The notes beneath the pieces are model-generated. The model made no database searches. It saw only the letters and a list, made by a program, of their open reading frames with translations, and was not told the DNA's origin. From Catajapyx aquilonaris (taxonomy: Eukaryota), in contig JYFJ02000399.1 in assembly GCA_000934665.2 (NCBI GenBank), positions 62,001 through 126,000 on the forward strand: a stretch of 64,000 nt of DNA, given 5' to 3'. The translations under genes were made by a program, and so were the position numbers. This document shows, piece by piece, positions 10,004-23,500 of the stretch; the first letter of the stretch is position 1, and the number at the start of each line of letters is the position of its first letter.

Positions 10004-11622
10004 TAGACAAATTTGAAGGAACTGCATTATATTAATTGTTATTATTAATAACAGCAATGATGTGTTTATCCTCATTATTTGGTTGGATAGAACCAGGTGC
10101 CTCCTAGCACTGTAAGAAGGGGGTGACTGGGTGAGACGATTCTTATGTCAGGTGAACCTGTTCGCACATGGGTAAACCCGTCGGACAGGTTCGCCCCTTG
10201 GCCTTGCATGGGGGGCTTCACCCACAAACCCATATCCTGTACTTCCATGTCGGAACCGCAGGATAAGAAGCAAGGAAAAAAAAATCTGGTTGGGAAAAAA
10301 GAATCACTTTTTTTCTGCAGGCTCCAGTACTCCTAGTTATGATGTAATTGAGTTCATGTCATTCCGGTCCTTCTCTCAAAGATAACGGGACAGTTTAGTG
10401 TGTTGACAGTTGGGTCACGAATAGTGTGTGAACAAGCAGTATTTTTGAAACTAGACACACGGTTTAATTCATGAGTGAACTTTGTGACTTGCATTTGTAA
10501 TTTTTTACGCTCCCCCCCCCCCCNCCCCCTGCAATTAATCCTTCTGAATTACAAGCTGCTTTTTCTGGCTTGGATCCACCGACCATTATTGTGCTTTGAA
10601 TGAGAGTTGAGACAAATGGTGAATGTGAACAGTGAGTAAATGAGGGAGATGCACATTGAATGCTTACATTAAGGATGTTATGGCCTCTGTAGAATTGCCC
10701 TCGTTCGTATCTTTTTTCTATTGGCAGTTTGTTTTTCGATGTCTCAATAAGTAGAAGTGTGCAAAATAATGTTTAACTAGCGTGCAATGACATTCATATT
10801 TTCGTTCTCTGTAGGCTTTCATAAAAAGTCATAACTTTCCTAGAACTGGATCACACAATGTGCCTTAAAATGCACGATGAATATGTAATGACTTTCTCGC
10901 CGAAATGCTTTTTATGACTTTATTGTAAGAAGGCTTCTTTTTATTAGTAGCTTTCTATATTATTACCAAATGACTGTATTTTCACTTATTATTATGTTCA
11001 TTGCATATTTCTAAAGTATTTTGAAATATGAAATTATAGAAAATGCCTCATAACTCATTAACCAATATGTATTAACCTGCATTAGTTTATAGTGAATATG
11101 CACAATAATATTCGTATTAAAATCTGTGCAACTGTATGTGTGCAAGATCATTTCATAATAAAACGAATTAATTATTTGTCAATATTATTAGAGAATAGTA
11201 GGGCTTAATGCCATTTAATGTGCAATTTGAATTCAATCACACTGATTCAACATTTGGTATTGGAAATATCAATTCACTTTATGATATTCACTCTACATGG
11301 AACCGTGATATTTTTACTGTATTCTTTCTACTTTATTTTTAAGACTTATTAATAATTGGCTCATTACATGTGAATATTCACAAAATTGTCACTTTCCACC
11401 TTACACGTTTGGACCAGAACTTCAATACACTGTTTTTGAAACACACCAATTGTTACCTCTTTTACAACCAATTCCTCATCCCGATATCACCTGATTCAAA
11501 TCAACTCAAAAAAAAACACCATAATGCAATATCCATTCCAGGCTTGAAGGCACCGCAGGTTCCCTCCCCCCAAAAAAACTAATTTTTGGCCCCACTTTTT
11601 TGTCACTTCACTACACACTTAC

Positions 11623-11631
11623 GAAGCTCAT
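11623..11631 (-). CDS. YGPP-repeat protein, coding micro-exon 1 (MSF)
   Basis: Minus strand AAG ATG AGC TTC|GTAAGT is a perfect phase-0 donor, about 70 nt downstream of a TATAAAA box. A 3-4 codon first exon is typical of arthropod cuticular protein genes. Confidence 0.75.
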
Positions 11632-11664
11632 CTTGGCTCCCAGCAGAAATCCGAACAACAGAGC

Positions 11665-11745
11665 GAACCTTCAACTCTCAACCCTTATCCCCTTTGCTTT
11701 TATACGCGACCTAGAATGACTCGAGACCGCTCCGGACCAATTGCA
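11665..11745 (-). promoter_or_regulatory. TATA-containing core promoter of the YGPP-repeat gene
   Basis: TATAAAA on the minus strand at 11704-11698, an Inr-like GAGAGTTGA about 25-30 nt downstream (about 11680-11671), and a CCAAT motif near 11737-11741. Confidence 0.65.
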
Positions 11746-14629
11746 ATCCTCCTTACTGCCCACTCAAAAAAAAGGGGGGGCCGGCCCTCTTACGAACGAG
11801 ATAGGAAAAATACAAAAAAAAAAAAATTAAGAAGAAGTAGAGAGAGAGAAATGAGGTAAAGCATCTCATCTTACAGCACCTTTGGAAACACCTCCTCCTG
11901 ACGGCCTTGTGATCCACTTTGCCCTCATTGGAAGGCCCGGTCCGGACCAGGAAGTCAAGGGCTGACCTTGTTTCGCATTCCTTTCCAGGACCATCCGGAG
12001 TTACATCTTTCGGAGCACGGACTTACGTTGTCGCCTTCTCATGATGATTCCTTCAGGTGCATGGTTTTTTAGAAAGTGCGCCCCCTCTCTTTTTTTTAAA
12101 GGAGGACCGCCGACCGCTCTTGTTTTTGATGTATTGTTGGTCGAGCAGGTGAAAGCCAGGTTTTTACAATAGGGGAATCATTTAGAGATGGTGTAATTAA
12201 CTGCGGTACCCTTGGATGGAATCACGGTTATGATTATTGTGGCGAGAAATCCGACGGTTATATGTTACTTTGTTCACGAGCTAGCTTTCCAAAAATTTCA
12301 GCGCCGGATATGAATAATAGTGCTTTTAAAACTTATATCAATATATCATTGTAACATTGAAGCAAAAAACGGCGACTGTGTAAAGTAGTAACTTCCCAAG
12401 AGCCTGAGGCATCCTGACCTGCCTCATTACTTTCCATGTTATGATCACGACTTTGAAAAAGAGCTTCGTAGCTGTCTGCTAAATTATTCTGGGAATATGT
12501 TGTCGATAACTGATCCACAATGCTTTTAAGTTATAAAATTTAAAAAATGTCCCCCACAAAAATTTAGAATTTTTTTTTTGTGTAGGCAGTCTAGGACTTC
12601 TTCCATTCCAGAATTCAGTCCACCAGTAGAATCAAAAATGTCCTGTGGTCATGCTTGATGGCATAACAGTCCAGCTGACAATCATTTTTTTGCAAGTTGT
12701 AAGTCATTCCAATTTGTATAACGGCACAAGTCATTCTTGCTTGAGGAAATTCCTCGTTGTCTCTGGTCTTTGGTTTAAGCTGCTTACAACTGATTGGTTG
12801 CAGACCCCCCCCCCCCAACATGTCAGTAGAAGATTATGCAAGTTACTAATGACACCTTGCAACTGGATTTAAGTCATTACATGTTGAACATGCAATTGGA
12901 GAAATTTTGATATCTGAAATTGGAGCTAATAATTATCAATTATCATATTACATTGAATTTGATATTATTAAGCGTTGCTGTTTTAGGTAAATAGTTTTAC
13001 AATTTCTTTTAAATTGTGCGACTCTAAGGAACAGACCAATTAAATTACACCCTTTGGATCAAGGATGGAAGCGCCGGCATAATATTGGCCGATTTTCCGT
13101 GCATCTTAAAATCCGATGGGTCTGTTATTCGACCTTCTTGGCCAGCCTACAAATTAATCTAGGCTGATCAGGACTCGTTTGTTTCCCGTCTTGAGGAGCC
13201 GGCGACTGGTCCCCGGAGATGGGGGGGNGGGGGGGGGGGGGGGAGATGAACCAAAGACTCTGCAAAATCTGTGCCGACTCCTTGCAGGCCAAGTCTTCTC
13301 ATGGAAATCAAAAGTGCCGGGTAGTGGATATTTCTCTCACAGGATGCCATCAAAATTGTAAAGGATGTAGTTAGCAGCATCACGCAATCTGTACCGTTTA
13401 TCCAGTGTTTCCCTAATCTGCTGAGCTTTACTCTTTAAAAAAATGTGGTTTTGCGCTAATTACTGAATAAACATGAATTGTATGCATCAGTTGGTGTGTA
13501 ACGTGGCTGCTTTTTAAATATTTCTGCTAGCATGTGATTTCATTATCACACTTGCTCGACCCCCCAATATTCTGCGCCTAATTTTTTTAATGAGTTAAAG
13601 TGTGCATGAGTTTTAAAATATTTTCTTTAATAATCCGGGAACAGTACATTCCCTCCATATGCTCAGCCTGATTGGATTCATACAATATTTCCTCGAATTT
13701 GTTCCTTGCCTCTTCTCTTTGAAATCGATAATCCTTCTGACAAAGAGCTTCGTTACTATACTATCCTCTCCTTCTTCCGGAAAAACTTTTCTGCGGAGAA
13801 GCAGGCGGGATGGGACCAGGCACTTTTCCGGGATTCAATGGCAGCGAGAAGAAAATTGTTATCTCCGGTTTTTCTACCGCCTACGTGCTGTGTAATCCAT
13901 CAGGTTGCCCTGGGACCTTCTCAAGAACAATGCTGTTTCATCCCTTCCCATACACCCAAAGGGCGGTTGTAAAAAGAGAAGTGAGAGAAATAGAGTCAAT
14001 GACATCCTGCGAGGGAAGTTGTCATCTGCAGTGTCCGGATACTTGGAAAAGAAAAAGGTGAGGGTCCCCAAGAGAGTCTCCCAGAAGTGATGACGTCTAA
14101 TCTGGCAAGGTTTCAATCAAATTGGTGCTCCATAAGAGACTTTCAACGGACGCGACCCGCTTTCTTTTCTGATAGGTGATACGTCTACTGCACTTTCATC
14201 CTGATTACCCTTAAAACCTTAATGTAATAAGAAGGGGGGAGAAGGATTCTAGCATATAGTCATAAAAGAGGGGAAGGTTTGGCTGTCCTTCAATCTTCAG
14301 ATCGGTATCGTAATTATGAGGATTTGGAAGCTTCTAGAAGTGAATAGAGCCATACGTAGGAAGCCTTCATCGATCGCGGTTTTGGTACAGGATAAAATCA
14401 GTTCAGATTAGAGCAAAAGGAATATCAACTCAAATCCAGCAGACAAATTTTATGTGGATTTATATCTGTATAAATGGGAAGGTTTCTCTGTATGTCTGTT
14501 TGTATGTCCAGACTACCAAACCCACTTCCGCACTACTGAGAGTGCTGAAAAATGTGCAACACCGGTGGCTTACAATGCCGCTGATTGAGAGAAATGTCCG
14601 AAACCCAAACTTTTTAAAGGGTTTTCTGG

Positions 14630-14754
14630 TCTATACATATAAAAGGCACAGTTTGTTTGTTTGTTAATTTTTACCCATTTCATATCAATATCGTACCCAT
14701 TTGAATACATTACCATGGAAATGGGCCATGCGAAGAACGCGCTCCGATGCTAGT
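14630..14754 (+). mobile_element. Non-autonomous Helitron-like fragment, partially duplicated at about 15025-15125
   Basis: 5' TCTATACATATAAA, (GTTT)n microsatellite, 3' GCGAAG...GCTAGT end. The second copy shares TCGTACCCATTTGAA...CCATGGAAA...ATGCTAGTGT...AAATCAAAGAATTT. Confidence 0.45.
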
Positions 14755-14796
14755 GTATCATAAATCAAAGAATTTACCTCTATACGAGTATGTATA

Positions 14797-15007
14797 CAGG
14801 GTGTTCCAAATTCGCTTGTCGTATTTTTATAACTGATATCGCCCGACAGCAGTTATTTTTGTAGCTTGTTTTGTGCCCCGATCCAGAGGGTCGAATATTG
14901 TACTTGCTACAAAATGGGGAACCTGGTTATGGGAACAACAAGCTACAAAAAATAACTGCTATCAGGCGATGTGCTATAAAAGCGACCCACGAATTTTGAA
15001 CACCCTG
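14797..15007. mobile_element. Tc1/mariner-type MITE (CAGGGTGTT...AACACCCTG), family shared with 58281-58489
   Basis: Long imperfect TIRs with TA on the left. The internal ATAACTGATATCGCCCGA...TTTTTGTAGCTTGTT arms match the 58 kb copy. Confidence 0.75.
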
Positions 15008-15148
15008 TGTATAAGACAAGTTCGTTGTTTGTTTGTCAATTGTTTATACCAATTTCGTACCCATTTGAAAGCGTCAACCATGGAAACGGACGTTGCAAAT
15101 GCTAGTGTCAAAATCAAAGAATTTGCCAAATTCTCATACATTTAACCA

Positions 15149-15200
15149 TACACTCTTAACCATTTACCCTCTCTAGAGAAGGTAAATGGTTAAGAGTGTA
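15149..15200. repeat. 52-bp near-perfect palindrome (TA-CACTCTTAACCATTTACC...GGTAAATGGTTAAGAGTG-TA), minimal MITE
   Basis: One mismatch pair, CACTC termini and TA flanks. Confidence 0.75.
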
Positions 15201-17486
15201 CCTGACTCGTTGTATTAATATTTACTTAATATTTCAAATAATTTGCGATATGGGCACCACTGGCACAATTTAAAGTAATGCTTCTCTCATCCTGGTCTAT
15301 GGGGTGCATAAGGAGCTGGTTCTAACAGTGCAAAGTAGGCTCCTTGCTGTACGTTCAGACACGCACACCACACATACGTATACACACTTTCACTCCCAAG
15401 AACTTCCAGGCTCTCGGGGGTATACATCATGAGGACCAGGGTTTTTTTTTTTGAGGGGGTGGTAGAGAGAGGGGGGTTTTAAAAGACCGGTACAGTGCAG
15501 TAGGTCACTCGAAACAAAAGGGACAGGTGGTGCTCCTGAGGTGGGGGGATATACCTTCTTCTTGAGGCTCAGCACAAAACGGACATTCCTTGCAACCGGG
15601 TCAGCTTCAATTTCTGGTCGGGGAATTCAGGACGTCGGCAATCAGGGATACACAACTGGGAGAGAAGGAACGCGAATAAGGATGGAAAAAAAGGGGTGGG
15701 AGAAGAATATAGCAATTTGGACTGATGGCATTTTTGTGGCAAACAATCCAGGCGACCTTTCTCGTTACCTGTGTTGCGAACCGTGAATGGCCATTTCGCA
15801 AATGGAACCTACAAAACGGAGAGGTGGGAAGAAGAAGAAAAGAAGAAGAAGAAAAAAAAAAACATGCTCAGGTATTACCAAGTTGGTGTCGTCTGACATA
15901 CTTTTGCTCGCATGATATCCGTTCCACTCCGAGTCTTAACAGTTTTAACACTAATTTCAGTATTTATCTTGACTAGCGCCACTCGAAGCAGTCACGAAAC
16001 AGAATGATGAGACACGTGATGGATTACAATGTCACTGGTGATTATTTGCAAAGGTTTTTTGCGAGTTGAAATATTGCCTCTCCCGCCTTCTCTGTGAACA
16101 GTAATGTACACAATTTTTTTTGTACGTTATGTCAATTTAAAAACATGAATTCAGTTGGATTTAAATGAACATAATTTGTAAAACGTGGGAATGAATTTTT
16201 ACCGATGGATCGCAAATGAATGAGATTATTGTTGCCAATGGAGTTCATATCGTTGAAACAACTTGATACTAATTGCATGCAAATGGCTCTTCACAATAAT
16301 TATGGCTTATATATAATTCAGAGTGAAATTAAATTGTTGAGACGAACAGAAATGGATAGTGAATGGCAGAGAATGGAATTGATTTTAATGCATTAAAATA
16401 ATAAATAGGCCGTATAAATATTAAGTTATAATAAGTAAATATGCTCAAATAAATGGAAGTGTTAATTACAATATACACAACTGGTTGGATTCGATCCTTC
16501 AACCCTTTTCTTCATAGAAAGACATTCTACCAACTGGGCCACCCAGCCAGAGACACAATATACTGCTTACTTAAGAGGAACTTTTTCTACTGTAGTACTA
16601 ACTCTGACCGCTAGAGGCGACACTCGATCCAGTCCATCTATCGGACGGAATCAGAACCTTTGTTCCCAAGCCTTCAACTCCTACATAACACATTAAAATG
16701 CTTCTCATTTCGGTCCTCTCTTTTTTTGCCAAGTCTGATCTCCCAGAATAATAGCTCCTCTGCCAACTTGGGATGCAGCCCGAGGAGCTCATTAACCCTG
16801 CGATATTCCAAGTCTTTATGATTTACCCAAGCACAAATAATAAGTCGAACGCCCAAAAGCGGAAGTTTTGTGTACTGGATGAGAAAGAGAGACGTAGAAG
16901 AAGAAGAAGAAGAAAAAAAGTTTTTTCGATCCACTAATCTGGTAGTTCCACTGATGTAATGCCAAGTTTTAGCCCCGATAGTGGCAGCTGGAAAGGCAGT
17001 GCATCAAATTGATTGACACTCTAAGGTCTGGTGTCACAACCGGTAGTCGCTCAATTTTTTGATATTATATGCAGTTGTTTGTGACATGACGAGAGAGTGG
17101 CAGACTCAAAATGCCATATTTCTAGATCTTCTGTTCCAACCTATTAAATTCAATTCATTTGCTTTGAAATTTCACCTGTTATCTACATGAGTGTGTGATC
17201 ATTTTTACTTACGTCCTTCTCAATTTAACATCAAGCTGAATTATTGAATATAGTCTATACCTATAATAATTATTAATTCCTGCATGACTTGTAATCTCTC
17301 ATTTCCCATTAGGTAGATTGGAAAATCACGTGATTAGAGTAGACTTTTTCATGTTTACTGCTATTGTCCCCAACGTCAGTCACGGGACTGGGTGGGGGAA
17401 AAGGGTGATCTGCGGGAGGGGGGTGGAGGGAGGGAGCAACCAGGGGGAAGGGGCGGATAGAGTGAACCCGGAACCCGAAAATCGGG

Positions 17487-17567
17487 AAAAGTCTTATAGC
17501 ACGGCTCTGTCTGTCTGTCTGGCTGTGGACAGGTATCAGACAGACAGAGCCGTGCTATAAGACTTTT
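17487..17567. repeat. Hairpin element with about 31-bp arms containing (TCTG)n/(CAGA)n
   Basis: AAAAGTCTTATAGCACGGCTCTGTCTGTCTG ... CAGACAGACAGAGCCGTGCTATAAGACTTTT. Confidence 0.8.
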
Positions 17568-20500
17568 TCGAGCCCCCCTTTTTTTTCTTCGAAAAAGTCT
17601 AAAAAGCCATTTGCTTCACCTGGAAGCCAATTTACGAATTTTCTGGGAAAACAACCAGTCTTTATGGTTTTGATGGAATTCCTCGCTCCAACTAACACAA
17701 AGAATTTTTTTTTTTCGAAAGTTTTAAAGGCTTGGGGCTAACCATTATTTCTGTATGCCTACACAAGAAGAACTTCCGGGCAATGTTTCCGCCTGATAGA
17801 CACTATTATCGCCATAACCTCTAGTTGAGATATGAATTGACTAATTCAACCAGAAAAGTTGCGAACAATATGGCTTTCTCTAAATGCCAATGAACTTACC
17901 CTAGAAATCTGTGCAATAGTTACAAAAAAAACACCCTGTACATTCAGTTGTCTAAAATTTGTCACATTTCCGACATTTTTGTCAGTCCCAAGTGGTATGA
18001 AAACTATTTCATTTCTGAGACCCATCCGTCATTTCAAGCTTCATAGAATTTGTTCAATTTTTTTATTTTCCTCAGCAAAACTTTTTTTTTAAACTCCTCT
18101 CTCATCATTGTCGCAGAATTCTGGTCAAAAGCAAAGTCGAGAAGAATTCCATTTTCACTTTTCGCAGTTTGTTAATGGAAGCCCGTGGGATTGGTGAGGA
18201 AACTGCTCCGTTTGGTTTATTATTCATAATAATGTCTCTGCCAGCAGGCTTCAAAATGAAGCTGCAAAAAGAGTGACGCCAACACTCTAAAAACGTGGCA
18301 GCTCCATAATGACAAAAAAAAATATGAAATTTCCGGATGAATAATATCCGGCAACATGCCGGAAGGGTTGACTAGGAGACAAAATCAGCATTCATATAAA
18401 TGAGTTTATTTACCCTCTAAGGACAGACTATGAACACAAATTATTTATTGTCTAAATTATTATTTTCTACCATAATAATGTTATCAGATAATCCGGTCCT
18501 CAAAAGGATGTTTTGTTTTTCGTACAGGACTATACCTCAATCACAGCATCATCATAATCCTGTGTGTGTGTCAGCTTCCAAAAAAAAACGTGAGAAAGGA
18601 CCGTTGAGAATGGCTCCCCGAAGTGAACCCCCGCTGCATAAACACGACTTTGCTCTTGAATTTAGTCGAAAAATATGGGATTTCACACAGAAATAAATTG
18701 CTCCTAGACTATCCGCAGAGGGATGGTTAAAAAAATAATGTCCCCACTAACAAACAAGGTTCGATCCATGTCCATCCAACCCACACCACCTCTTAGTTTC
18801 ATACCCCCCCCCCCCCCCCAAAAAAAAACCTCCGATTGGTGGACAGCGGGACCCCAATTTGTGTCACTAACTTTGTCGCAAATCTAGGCGACCAGATTTT
18901 CAATTACGATGTGACTGGAATGAGTTGGAGAGGAACGATTTCAATTAGCAGGTTGTGAATTAAATTGAGTTTAGAATAGGGGGAAGGGAAATCCATTGTC
19001 GAGCTTGGCATTGTTTCCTCTGGCGAATTAAACCTGTTGTTTCGTCGCATCGGAGTTATTTTTAAAAAATGGCAATTTTATTAAACCCGGGGTTTTTTTT
19101 AATGTTCAAGTGGGGCGAAAAGAAAGTATTTCCAAGAGTGTCCCCACGGAGCTTTTAATTTGGGCACCATATGCTTTTCACGTAAATCTTAAAGTGTTGC
19201 TATGCAATTTTAATTTAAGCTGTTAGATGTACCAGGCTGCTAAAGTGTCGTAGGCTTATAACAAGTTTTCCACGACTAAAATAACTACCAGGTGTTTAAA
19301 AGGTTGCATTATTATGCAACAGCCTGAATCCATAGTTGTCCGATTCGCACATTTGTAACAAGAAAACTTTCGCAATAGTCGCCTATTGTCAACATCTGGC
19401 TATTGTAGATCTTCCGTTTCGTAACCTCCTGGTAAGATTGGTTGCCCTGCAATCGCGGTTGGTCCCTCTTATATTTTTCTACACCTTCTTTTCGAATCCT
19501 GAAGTGCTGACTGATAGGAAACCTTTGTGGAGCACCCACCTTTTTACATCCATCTCCCCCATTTTCTCCCCATCTACCGAGAGAACCTCTCTAGAGAGAA
19601 CTTCCTGTAAGCAAATGTGGTCTCTCAAAAATAGCAAGTTTCCATAGCACCCCCAAAAAAAAGTGTGAGGGGGAAAATATATAGGGTAGTCGATATCAGT
19701 TGATGCCAAATATTTCCGGGTCGCAACCTCCGGCTTTGCTATAGCCCTTTAGATAACGGGAGGATGTCAGTACTGACGACAGATGCGACAGAGGGACCGA
19801 TTACAATTGCAAATTAGTTCCGGGCGAAACTTCAGATCTCAAGCATGTTTTTGAGGGAACCATCCTGGTCAATCCAGGACTTCAAAAGGGCGAAAAGGTT
19901 TTCGAAAATTCCGCCTCTTGGTTATTATAATTAAAATCCGGACTGCATTGCGCTCTGTAGTAAAAGCTTACTCCCCAAAGGGGGTTCTGTAATTGTAATT
20001 TCATTTCTATATCCCCGTTGCCTGTGCATGTTGCGACCAAAAAAAAGGCCCCAATGCGGCATGAGCGATTAAGTTGGCCTCAACCAGAAATGTTTTCCTA
20101 CAGTTAACCTCTGCCTGTTTGCATGAACTCAGCGAACACTTGTCACATAAAGTACATTTTCTCATTGAAAAAACAACCGTCTTCACTGCATTGCAAGCGC
20201 TACTTAAAGTTGGTCCTAGGTCAACGTCCCCATCATGTCCTGCCGATAATCTGTCACACTTTTTCCTCCTATCGCCATATTTCGGTCGGGCATTACAAGG
20301 GCTCCGGTCTCCGCTTTTTCAAAAAAAAAAAAAACACACAAATTTTCACTCCCTAGAAAATGAGCTTACCAACACTAGCGGACGCTTACCCTGAGGGCAA
20401 ATGAAGTCAGTGTGATGATGGCGTTTTTTGGGGAGGGGTGGAGTTGGCCTCTAGTCTAATAAAGGGGAAAAGCCTGTCTATAGGCCACTGGGACTATCCG

Positions 20501-23500
20501 GTGGGGTGGTCTATAGGAAACATAAAAGAGAGGCCGTTTGCCATGGCTTTGGGATCTCTTGCTCCAATAATGTTCTACAAAAGGGAAAACTTGCCTTTTC
20601 CGACTCTAGACTCGGAAACGCGGCGTTAAAATGTCCTATAAAGCTCTCTAGCATTTCTATGGCACTGGGAAAATCTCGGGCAGGAAACACCAGCCCCGCA
20701 AATTGTTTTCAGTCATTGTGTCTACTTACTTCAGTGCAATGGCTAGGCATTTGCTTGGCTAGAAAATCAGACCGTTTGTGCTCACACTGTATCCAACCAC
20801 ATTAAGCATAATCACAATTCTGGCAGTCATTAAAAGGACTACATAATGGCAAATGAAGTATTGAAACAATTCGGTGTGATTGCTGCCAATAATTTTTCAT
20901 CTAATTGCACATCGCCAGCAGGCCAAAAATCAATTCATCACACATGGTTTAGCAATGACCATAATTTCTAAAAATATTCGAGTGGTCCACTTTTAGACAG
21001 CAGTATTTCTCTATGCTTTTTGGTCATATGACTCAATTTAAGTACACTGTTAATTAATGTGAGAATTGTTTTTAAAACTTCCTGAGTCAGTTAAGAGCAA
21101 ATATTTCTCGTCGTCGCACGTCTTCAAAAATAATGCAGAAATAGTTTTAAAAAATCACAGTTGTTCATATGACATTTACTGTAGCATGCACTCCGCCACT
21201 CCATACAATCAATTTAACATTAAATTCAATTCTATACAGTCTTGGGAGCATCAAGAACACTATGTCTTAAAATGGGATAAAAATGGAGCCAAGATTCTGG
21301 CAAACACTCTCTGCATTGCATGTTATCTGTCAGATCATTGAAAAATATAAATTTTTTTTCTCCAGCCACAAAAAACTGAAACGAGCAGTCCTTGAGAGTG
21401 CCAAGATCAATACACTGATAGAAAAATGGAAGTCAGATGAATTTCTGCGGGCAATATTATTGTTGCGTAATGTTGGCACAAAATTTATTTTCATATTAAT
21501 AACTGTACAGTAATGCGCTTTAATTTCGCAATAACACCGTCAGTCAATATGAAATTTTTACAGCCAAAAAGCACAAGGACATTGCATTAAAGAAGAATAA
21601 GGCACTTTATATCGATTACTGTTCACATTTAAATTTTCAGAGGACATACGTCTAAAGTTCGACGTAAAAGCCAGTGAAGCCGAACCACTTCAACTCGAGT
21701 CCGTATAAAAGCAGCATCCATGAATAAAGGAAATGTCCAGTTCTGCATTGTTATATACTGCAAGCCAAAAGAGATCTGACGTATGTCCGTCCTCATGGTA
21801 ACGACATGACCCTGACCTTCAACAAACCAGTGCCTACTGTTAATTTGCATAGAGCTACATGTGCCAAAAATTAATCAAAGAGGAGCTCACAGTCTAGGTG
21901 AGATTCACCATACATTACTATGTGATGACTATTTCATGAGTCGAATACAACATTTCTGTGTCGTACATTAATTTGCGATGTGAAAATATTAAATAAATAA
22001 CTATCAAGCCTGCTATCTTAATTCGACTGCTGGACAGGATCAATTTTTATTCCATGCTGTTCCTCCCAGCGAAAAGACGATAATTTTGGAGCCGGCGTTG
22101 GCAATTTGGGGGGGGGGGGGGGNGGGGGTAGTAGGGATGCTGCGAAAATTGAAGTCTCCCTAACAGCCCATAAATTAGCTGGAGCCATCTCCATTGAGAG
22201 CTTATGGAAAGGAAATTTCGATAAATCAACTTGCCAACCGAGATTTCCGATACACGCGACATCAAAAGGGGGGTGAAGAATCTTTGGGTTTTTCAAAACA
22301 AATTTTCGAGGCGAGTTGTGAAGCGGGGAGAAATATTTTGAGGAAGTTTCGAAATGACATTGTAAAACGCAGTAGTTATCAATATATTGTTCAAGTAATA
22401 ATGAAAGGAGAGTATAATAAATAACAAAATAATGGATTGCAGTAATATTTTAGTAACCTTACAATAATATCAACATAAATCATGCACTCACATAAATAAC
22501 AAAAAATACGATATAGCCTATTATTATTCGAATAATAATGTCATTAATAATAAATGAACAATTATAAGACCGTAACATCATAATAAATCATATGATTGTA
22601 ATCAGATGATAAATAATGATAAATAAAAATAGATAATGAAATTTTGAATATTATATAACAGATAAAATCAAATTATGAATGATAATCAAGTTTTGTGTAT
22701 CAGATAAAGTTTCACGGTCAATGTGAAGTGGTTGATAACGTTAATAATATTACATCTATAGGCAATATTCGATGCTTATCCTGTGTAATTAAAAGCAGAT
22801 GCTCTCGACAAATTTATTGAATTCAGGGAAAGTCAACACCCTTGTGTTTTCCATACTTTCACTCCCGCAATAATTTTTTTTATAACGACACGTACTTTCG
22901 ATTTATTTGCATACATTATTCGAAACGAGAGTATTCGCCCAGACCTCGTACTGTTCAAGTTCACCAGTGCGAATCAAAACGGTTGGAGGTTCGATCTCAC
23001 TTCTTTTTCTTCTTCTTCCGCACTTCGCCTTCGCAAAACGTATTCAAGAAACGTCCCCGAGAAAAAAAAAACAATCTTCATTACCCTTGGCCGTAAAAGC
23101 ATTTGGGTCGTTCTGCTTCAAGAAAAGAGTGAATGCAAGAACTGATATTCCTTACAGCTTCAACCCCTTCAATGAGGAGTGGAAAAACAAGAGCTGCAAC
23201 CGAGAGGACCTTGCAAGGAATACAAATCCCAGATTTTGAGAATGGCTGAAAATAACAGCGCATACACTTCCAGATATATCTGACGATCCAGGGAAAATGA
23301 TCTCGCATTATTCTAACATCCTTTTTCCAATTTTTGATTTATTTTTTTTCATTTTGCTTTTGATCTATACCAGTGTGGAATATGTGATTATTAAAGATTC
23401 GGTTGCGAAGATTCTTATACCTGCTGAGATATTGGTTGTCAAAGTGATGTGACGTCCTTAAGCTTGTTGTAAATAGCGCGTCTCAGGGTATTAAAATCGC

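Noticed and set aside
5452..22128. Long poly-C/poly-G tracts containing a single N (about 5452-5476, 10512-10529, 13221-13243, 22107-22128)
   Set aside because: The Ns indicate homopolymer sequencing or assembly uncertainty. The lengths are unreliable, so no functional claim is made.
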